The notes under the pieces are model-generated. The model was not told where the DNA came from. It saw only the letters and a program-made list of their open reading frames with translations, and did no database searches. DNA of 64,000 nucleotides from Myxococcota bacterium. Lineage in GTDB: Bacteria; Myxococcota_A; SURF-8. This document shows positions 57,592 through 64,000 of this stretch, in pieces. The DNA is taken from NCBI GenBank assembly GCA_963674735.2, contig CAXXQS010000003.1, positions 32,001-96,000 of the forward strand, given 5' to 3'. Both the position numbers and the translations under genes were made by a program. Position 1 is the stretch's first letter; the number at the start of each line of letters is the position of its first letter.

Positions 57592-60500
57592 TCAATCCTG
57601 TTCATCAAGAACGGCGCGGACCTTCTCGGCCAGGCTTTTCGGTGTATAGGGTTTAGCGATGAAGTTCACATTTTCATCCAGAACGCCGTGGTGAGCGATG
57701 GCGTCTTCCGTATAACCGGATGTAAACAGAATTTTCATGTCGGGGAACTGTGGGGACAGACGCTCGGCCAGTTCTCGACCGTTCATTCTCGGCATGACGA
57801 CGTCACTTAGCAGCATATCGATTCCTTCGGGAATCGTTGGGGCTGTTTCAATGGCTGCTGCGGCCGATGCCGCCGGGAATACTTTATATCCCAAGCGCTT
57901 GAGAGCTTTAACTGCTACGTTCCGGACCATATCTTCATCTTCCACCAGCAGAATTGTTTCATGACCGCCCGGATCATTTTGGCGAGAGTGATGTCTCTGT
58001 TTATGGCTAAGAGTTTCTAAAACCATAGGAAGATAAATGTCGAAGGTCGTTCCTTTGTTTTTATGTGACGTGACGGATATCAGACCATTATGTTGCTGAA
58101 TGATCCCGTAAACCATTGACAAACCTAGGCCGGTTCCCTGGCCTTGGGGTTTGGTGGTGAAGAAAGGCTCAAACATGTGCGACTGTATTTCCGGGCTCAT
58201 TCCCGTGCCGCTATCCTTGAGTGATAAGCGAACATAGTTCCCGGGCTGCAATTCCGGGTAAGAATGACAGAAACTTTCCGATAGTTCGACGTTGGCCGTT
58301 ACGATGGATAACACCCCGCCGCCAAGCATGGCATCCCGGGCGTTGATAACCAGATTCAGAATCACCTGCTCAATCTGGCTTTTGTCGGCCTTGATTTTCG
58401 CAAGCTGTTTGTCTAGTGTGACTCGTAACTCGATGTCTTCACCGATTAGGCGTGCAAGCATTTTCTGAAGGGCCTCAACTGTTTCGTTCAAGTTGAGAAC
58501 TCGTGGTGAAATTAATTGTTTCCGGCTGAATGCCAATAATTGACGTGTTAGTCCGGCTGCTCGCTCGGCGGCCTCGTCGATTTCTTTAAGGGTTGCGTAA
58601 AAAGGATGAGAATCGTCGATATCGAGCATGGCAAGTGAAATGTTGCCGGAAATACTGGTGAGCAAATTATTGAAGTCGTGTGCGATACCGCCAGCCAATT
58701 TTCCAATGGCTTCGAGTTTTTGCGACTGGTGAAGCTGTTCTTCCAACATTTCCCGTTCTTTTTCGGCGGCCTTCCTTTCGCTGATGTCACGTATGATGGC
58801 GATAACCATACGTTCTCCCCCGAAAGTCGCGTTTGAAAGTGCGAGCTCGATTGGGAACAGTTCATTGGAGTGACGTACTGCGCTGAGCTCGACTACTTTG
58901 CCGATGGCCGCATTGGGGCGTCCTTGAGAAAAGTAGCTATGAATATTGATACTATGACTCTTGCGGAGGTGACCGGGAATCAATTTTTCGAGTGTATGAT
59001 CGAGCATTTCGGATTTGGAAAATCCAAACATACATTCTGCCGCTTTGTTGAATATGACGATGTTTCCATCGGAATTGATGGCGATGATCGCGTCTTTGCT
59101 GGAGTCGACGACAGTGCGAAATTGTTCCTCACTTTGTTTCAAACTGTTGAGAGCTTCTTTGAGTGCTGAGATATCACGAGAGGAACTCACAACTGCCGAA
59201 ACTTGTCCATCGGGTCCGAACTCAGGAAAAAGCAGCCAATCGATCCAGATCCCACTCGGTAGCTGGAACTCGATTCGATTGCCTTTCTTCGTCAGGAAAA
59301 CCTTCTCGATCGCCTCTTCCCATAAGTCGCACAGATTCGATGGGAAACCAAGATCGCGGTGGGACTTTCCAATGATGTCTTCCGGATCGATGTTGATTAC
59401 CGATTTTACGACTGGATTAACATACAAATGATGATGGGAATGATTGAATCTCATGATCACATCAGGTGAATTTTCGGTTAGTGCTCGGAAGTGTTCTTTA
59501 CTTTCCCGCAAGCTCTTTTCAGTTTCTTCTCTTCGCTGGATATCTTTTTCCAGGTTATCGAGAGATTGTTTCAGACGCTGCGTGAGATTGTTGAATGTAG
59601 AGGCCAACTGCTCGATTTCATCTCCGTCAACCGTGGTCGTGATGAAGTCGGAACCGCCAGGGAAACTTCCTCGGACTGTTTGTGTGAGTCGCTCGATCGG
59701 CCGGATGATATTGTGGTATACGATCAATAGCGAGAATGCGAATAGCGAAAGAATGACGGCCAACCCACCGAAGATGAAATGAGTTTGGAAACTGGGTAAC
59801 TCTTGTAAAATTTCCTTTTTGGGCACTGCAATTGCGAAGTACCAGTTCAGTATTTCTAATTTTTGCGTAACCAGAATGTAGGCTGTTCCATTTTCTTCAA
59901 ATTCCATTTGGTGAAAGGGAACCGAATTCTTATTCGATTTAATGATTTGATCGAGTTGGTTTTTCAGGGGAGAATCGGGAATTTCGGTCGAGCCGAGTGT
60001 GAGGCCCATTTCAGCATCCCGGGGTAGTTTATGCTTGAAATTGGGATGGATGATTAGATGTTTGGAAGAGTCGAAGATGAAGCCGTACCCAGTTATAAAA
60101 TAAGCGGTGTTCAGGATTCTGTTGTAAATTTCATCCAGAATAACATCGTGCCCGATAATGCCGCAAAATCGGTTTTCAACATATACCGGAGTGATGATGC
60201 TTGTCATCCAGTGTTTCCAAATCGAATCGTAATAGGGTGGTGTCCAGACCGGACGGCGGTTTGGGTTCGCAGATGGAGTCGCGATCGAATAGAAAATATC
60301 TTGCGAAAAATCATGGTTCGGTTCAACGCCTAAAGCCCAGTCCTTGGGAAAAATACGAATGAACTGATCTTGGCTGATGAAGTATGTGTTAAAGACAAGC
60401 GAACTGACACCCTGAGCATAATCATCGAATCCTTTGGCGGAAACAAGGAGACGTTCTCGAATGCTGTCTGTCAGGGGTTGGCGGCTGGAAAGGAAGGCTC

Positions 60501-60840
60501 CGGATTTATTGGTGTTATTGCCGGAATAAAGCCGACTGCGCCACGCACCGTCCACCCTTTCAAACTGTTTGTCGAACTCTTCTTGTGAATGGGAATCGAT
60601 AGATTGTTGAAGACGCATAGTCATAAAGTCTGCAGATTGACTTCCAATGCGGACCAAGGAATCGAAATGATCGGAAATACGCTTGCTTTCGCTTTTGACG
60701 AGTTCATTCAGTGATTTTTCTGCATTTAAAACTAAGTGCTCCTTAATATGAAACTGGTAAAAAAAACCGAGAATGGCAAAGATAAGAAGAAATGCCAGTG
60801 TTAATTGGCCTACGGTCTTTTTTAAGAGGTTCAGTCGCAT
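57592..60840 (-). CDS. hybrid sensor histidine kinase (Cache-HAMP-PAS-PAS-HisKA-HATPase-REC)
   Basis: WTPPYYD Cache motif, DEIEQL HAMP, two PAS domains, GGIAHDFNNLL, NLVINARDAM, FEPFFTTK, GTGLGL, LLSDVVMP..NG, KPY. Confidence 0.96.
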   Translation of the reverse strand: MRLNLLKKTVGQLTLAFLLIFAILGFFYQFHIKEHLVLNAEKSLNELVKSESKRISDHFDSLVRIGSQSADFMTMRLQQSIDSHSQEEFDKQFERVDGAWRSRLYSGNNTNKSGAFLSSRQPLTDSIRERLLVSAKGFDDYAQGVSSLVFNTYFISQDQFIRIFPKDWALGVEPNHDFSQDIFYSIATPSANPNRRPVWTPPYYDSIWKHWMTSIITPVYVENRFCGIIGHDVILDEIYNRILNTAYFITGYGFIFDSSKHLIIHPNFKHKLPRDAEMGLTLGSTEIPDSPLKNQLDQIIKSNKNSVPFHQMEFEENGTAYILVTQKLEILNWYFAIAVPKKEILQELPSFQTHFIFGGLAVILSLFAFSLLIVYHNIIRPIERLTQTVRGSFPGGSDFITTTVDGDEIEQLASTFNNLTQRLKQSLDNLEKDIQRREETEKSLRESKEHFRALTENSPDVIMRFNHSHHHLYVNPVVKSVINIDPEDIIGKSHRDLGFPSNLCDLWEEAIEKVFLTKKGNRIEFQLPSGIWIDWLLFPEFGPDGQVSAVVSSSRDISALKEALNSLKQSEEQFRTVVDSSKDAIIAINSDGNIVIFNKAAECMFGFSKSEMLDHTLEKLIPGHLRKSHSINIHSYFSQGRPNAAIGKVVELSAVRHSNELFPIELALSNATFGGERMVIAIIRDISERKAAEKEREMLEEQLHQSQKLEAIGKLAGGIAHDFNNLLTSISGNISLAMLDIDDSHPFYATLKEIDEAAERAAGLTRQLLAFSRKQLISPRVLNLNETVEALQKMLARLIGEDIELRVTLDKQLAKIKADKSQIEQVILNLVINARDAMLGGGVLSIVTANVELSESFCHSYPELQPGNYVRLSLKDSGTGMSPEIQSHMFEPFFTTKPQGQGTGLGLSMVYGIIQQHNGLISVTSHKNKGTTFDIYLPMVLETLSHKQRHHSRQNDPGGHETILLVEDEDMVRNVAVKALKRLGYKVFPAASAAAAIETAPTIPEGIDMLLSDVVMPRMNGRELAERLSPQFPDMKILFTSGYTEDAIAHHGVLDENVNFIAKPYTPKSLAEKVRAVLDEQD

Positions 60841-61137
60841 ATCATGGAAATCCCAGGTGTTTTTACGAGTTTTGGCGGTTTTAATATCGACTCAAAATGA
60901 TTAGCCCATTTCATTACGAATCACGCGAAACCACATTTACAACAACGGCGTGAAGACCGTGGTGGACCGTATATGCCACCACGTAAAATCTATGTGCACT
61001 TTCAACGTGCCTCATATCTATTAATCGGATAATTTTGCCATAAAGTGAGATTTTTCACTGGTCATAAAAGACTGCGACTTAGCTTTGTAAAGTCCTCAGA
61101 CAGACTCGTAGTATTTTTTAAAAACAACCGGTTACCC

Positions 61138-63063
61138 TCATCTTTTTAAGATGAGAGGGAGTAGAACGTGTGAAGCATGGTCGGGTTCCCGATAGAATGT
61201 CAGATCGGGAGGCTCGGGGAGTATGGGGGCAAAGTGGTCAACATCGGCACCAGCGATCGAAATGCGGATGCGGTGGCCTTGCTTGAAAAGGTAAGAAGTC
61301 GGATAAAGGTCGAATATCAATTCGGATTTTTCGCCGGGGACAAGCGGTTCGCCGTCTTTGCGTAGAAAGCTGCGATACGGAACCGGGGTTCGGTAAGGCG
61401 GGGGAGCTTCACTCAGCTTCCGGTGCAGGGCGCGTAACATGCCCTCTGTTACATAGTGAACGCGCCCCTTTTCGTCGATATCTTCTAAGTATACGAAAAC
61501 AGAGGCGTCATCGGCTGAAGAGGCCATGATCAGCTTAACGATGGGGTGTCCGGTAACTTCCATATCAGTTTGCAGAATATCGGACGTATAACATAATAAT
61601 TTTGCATCGGCCTTTTTACGGTGTGGGTATTGGATGGGTTTATGATCGAGGTTGACCAGCGAGACCCAGCGGGATCGGGAACCGGTCGCGGCGCTCGGGT
61701 CCACTGTGTATTTGTCGAATCCGGACTCTTCGGGAGGATTTTGGCTCAGGGTGTTATTGGCACGCAAGTAGAAGGCGGTTGGTTTGGCTTCCGGAGGTGG
61801 CCAGGTATCGGCGGACTTCCAGCGTTCTTCGCCCATGGTAAAGTAGTGGACGGCTTTTTCTTCGGTGATGCCGGTTTCCAATCCTTTCAGATAATGATCG
61901 AAAAATCTTAAGATTTCGCGGCTTTCTTTGAAGAGAGGCTTACGCTTTCGGGCATAAGGGCTGATGTTGGTGTAGTTCCCATGATCCCAGGGACCGATGG
62001 TCAATTTTTTTTGTGGATCGTCGATGTTCATGAAAAGGTGAATTTCCGAACGCACGAATGACGCGTCGAACCAGCCGGTGTAAAAATAGTATGGAAGACC
62101 GGGTTGGTTGAGTTGGGCCAGACGGGTATGAGGGCTGATGGTATCGACGGTCAGTCCTGGAGCATGGGCCGATTCATCGTCCCGATAGACAATGCCGTCG
62201 GCTATGGTGGTGATGTCGCCGTTATGAGCATGCTCCTCGACGGCTTTTTCGAGTTGTTGGTGATTTTTATCGTCATCCACGGGACTTGTGCCGATAATTG
62301 CCAGGGTGGCTTTGGGGCCGACAAATTCTTCCGCACGATTTTTATCGATCGCTTTTGCCAATCTTCCCCATACATCCGATAACCAACTGAGGTGCAGACC
62401 ACCTGGAAATAAAACCTCGGGATAGACATCGAACATCGCATAGCGCGGCATAACTGCTTTGACGGCGGGATGTCCGGTTGTGGCAAGGAAGAGGGCGCTT
62501 CCGCCTGTGTAAGAGTTCCCAAAGGCACCCACACTGCCATCGGACCAAGTTTGCTCGGTGATCCAGTCGACGATCTCGTAGCCGTCTTGAGTTTCTTCTT
62601 TCGAGTAGGGATGGGGGCGTGTTCCAAAGCTAGCTCCGGAGCCGCGAGCATCGACATAAACCCAGGCGTAACCGTGACGGACCACTTCTTGGATCAGTTT
62701 ATGAAAGCGGCCTTTTACCAAGTGGTTGAAGGGCCAACGAAACTGCATGCGGCGGACGTAGCGGGTTTGCATGAGGATCGTCGGAACGTGTTCTCCAGCC
62801 TTCAACCCTTCCGGTAGGTACACATCCACCGCGATTTTAACACCATCGCGCATCGTGATGTAGCGTGAGCTCAGAGTTACGGCCTTGTATTCACGTTTGC
62901 TGCATTGGCACTCGGGATCATTCTGCCACCAGATGCGGTCTCCCTGCCAATGGGCACAAGCCGGGATGAACAGGATCGCCATCAGTAAAAAACCGGCTAG
63001 ATAAGCCGAACCACGATGTTTGGAAACGGCATGGTACATAGAGTGAAGCATGTTGGTTCTCAT
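61138..63063 (-). CDS. CocE/NonD family hydrolase
   Basis: ITMRDGVKIAVD, VDARGSGASFG, QTWSDG.VG..GNSYTG, TGWFD, IGPWDH, PTSY.F..GHRIR. Confidence 0.93.
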   Translation of the reverse strand: MRTNMLHSMYHAVSKHRGSAYLAGFLLMAILFIPACAHWQGDRIWWQNDPECQCSKREYKAVTLSSRYITMRDGVKIAVDVYLPEGLKAGEHVPTILMQTRYVRRMQFRWPFNHLVKGRFHKLIQEVVRHGYAWVYVDARGSGASFGTRPHPYSKEETQDGYEIVDWITEQTWSDGSVGAFGNSYTGGSALFLATTGHPAVKAVMPRYAMFDVYPEVLFPGGLHLSWLSDVWGRLAKAIDKNRAEEFVGPKATLAIIGTSPVDDDKNHQQLEKAVEEHAHNGDITTIADGIVYRDDESAHAPGLTVDTISPHTRLAQLNQPGLPYYFYTGWFDASFVRSEIHLFMNIDDPQKKLTIGPWDHGNYTNISPYARKRKPLFKESREILRFFDHYLKGLETGITEEKAVHYFTMGEERWKSADTWPPPEAKPTAFYLRANNTLSQNPPEESGFDKYTVDPSAATGSRSRWVSLVNLDHKPIQYPHRKKADAKLLCYTSDILQTDMEVTGHPIVKLIMASSADDASVFVYLEDIDEKGRVHYVTEGMLRALHRKLSEAPPPYRTPVPYRSFLRKDGEPLVPGEKSELIFDLYPTSYLFKQGHRIRISIAGADVDHFAPILPEPPDLTFYREPDHASHVLLPLILKR

Positions 63064-64000
63064 GTTTCTACCTGTAGGTCAATGGCGCAGACTTTGTCGC
63101 AATCCGAGGCGTAAAAACGCGATCCGATCAAAAACAGAAATCCACCGATCAACGAAAAGATGGGAAGGATGGTCAGGGCTGTCTGAAGGTCGCTTGCATC
63201 GGAGATGGCTCCGACAAAAATCGGGCCGATCGAACTGCCCAGTATATGCATGACGATGACGTTCAGGCTGTATGAAGTGGCACGGAGTCCCGGATGGACC
63301 ACATCCTGCGTTACGGCGGCAATGCCGGGAACGAACATGGAGGCGAAAATTCCGGCCAGGAGTGCAACCAGGTATTGCGCGGTCCCGGAGAACAAGGCGA
63401 AGGCGGCGAACAAGAAAAAGCCGGTCAACGCCGAGGTAATGGCTCCGAACACCATGCGAGCATTACGCCGTTTTCGTCCCCAGCGGTCGGCCAGATAACC
63501 TCCCAAGGGCGCTCCGATAATGGCCATAGCCATCACCGCTCCACCTTTGATTCCGGCTTGGCTCATCGGGATGCCTTCTGTACGACAGTAGAAAGTCGGG
63601 AGCCAACTCATAAAGGCAGAGGTGACGAACATGTTGGCGGCGAAACCGAAGTAGGCAAACAGAAGGGAATATGTTCCGAGGAATTGCCGTGCAATTTGTT
63701 TGTAATTGGATTGTGTGCAGCTTCCGGTTGCTTCTGCCTTTTGAACGGGAGCCAACTCTACGGTTTTATAATCGCGAACGAAGAAAAATAGAATGGCAAC
63801 GAGCATGCCGGGGATGGCGACGATCCCGAAAGCGTGGCGCCACCCCCATGTCTCGGCAATAAATCCGCCAAGGGCGATGCCGAGGGCCGAGCCGAGCGGG
63901 ATCGAGGCGTTCCAGAATCCCATGATCTGAGCGCGAGTTTCTTTGGGAAACAAGGCGCTGATCATGGCGGTGCCGCCTGGGGCATAGCCGGCTTCACCTA
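63060..64000 (-). CDS. MFS transporter (spinster-like), 5' end lies outside the window
   Basis: GEAGYAPGG.AMIS.LFP...R...MG.W, WGWR.AF, GGYLADRW; stop overlaps the CocE ATG. Confidence 0.9.
   Translation of the reverse strand, partial: GEAGYAPGGTAMISALFPKETRAQIMGFWNASIPLGSALGIALGGFIAETWGWRHAFGIVAIPGMLVAILFFFVRDYKTVELAPVQKAEATGSCTQSNYKQIARQFLGTYSLLFAYFGFAANMFVTSAFMSWLPTFYCRTEGIPMSQAGIKGGAVMAMAIIGAPLGGYLADRWGRKRRNARMVFGAITSALTGFFLFAAFALFSGTAQYLVALLAGIFASMFVPGIAAVTQDVVHPGLRATSYSLNVIVMHILGSSIGPIFVGAISDASDLQTALTILPIFSLIGGFLFLIGSRFYASDCDKVCAIDLQVET

Noticed and set aside
60841-61137. Possible c-di-GMP riboswitch upstream of the kinase (GGCAAA on the minus strand)
   Set aside because: The GNRA-capped P2 stem and the downstream GCAAAG-type element are missing.

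Overview
A gene-dense bacterial chromosomal segment. Gene content suggests a diderm Deltaproteobacteria/Myxococcota-like organism (inference from the TSP3-OmpA protein, Cys-rich lipoproteins, a TIGR04552-like gene and the pdxJ-nnr-tsaE-aspartate kinase synteny). I recognised no rRNA, tRNA, CRISPR array, transposase or phage genes. Housekeeping genes: partial 2-oxoacid:ferredoxin oxidoreductase beta subunit, mreBCD, LPS glycosyltransferases, htpG, acs, aspartate kinase, tsaE, nnr, murJ, infA. Accessory genes: lipid/acyl-CoA metabolism enzymes, a hybrid sensor kinase, and four large lipoproteins that share an acidic DGD-repeat linker just after the lipobox. The best candidate for an undescribed system is the 22.4-32.9 kb surface-glycosylation locus. 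It places a fused B12-binding (DxHxxG)/glutamate-mutase-like protein, an opine dehydrogenase and an ATP-grasp ligase in one coupled operon with an Und-P glycosyltransferase and a flippase-like protein. That operon converges on wecE and a YkoS/DUF6044 membrane protein. This suggests B12-dependent synthesis of an unusual opine-type acyl group for an amino sugar. Other leads: a RelA/SpoT-synthetase-like gene upstream of mreBCD, an orphan RecA/ImuA-like pseudo-ATPase with a sigma54 promoter, a catalytically eroded PdxJ, and a lipoprotein with two circularly permuted copies of one uncharacterised domain. All assignments come from reading motifs by eye; no database searches were run.
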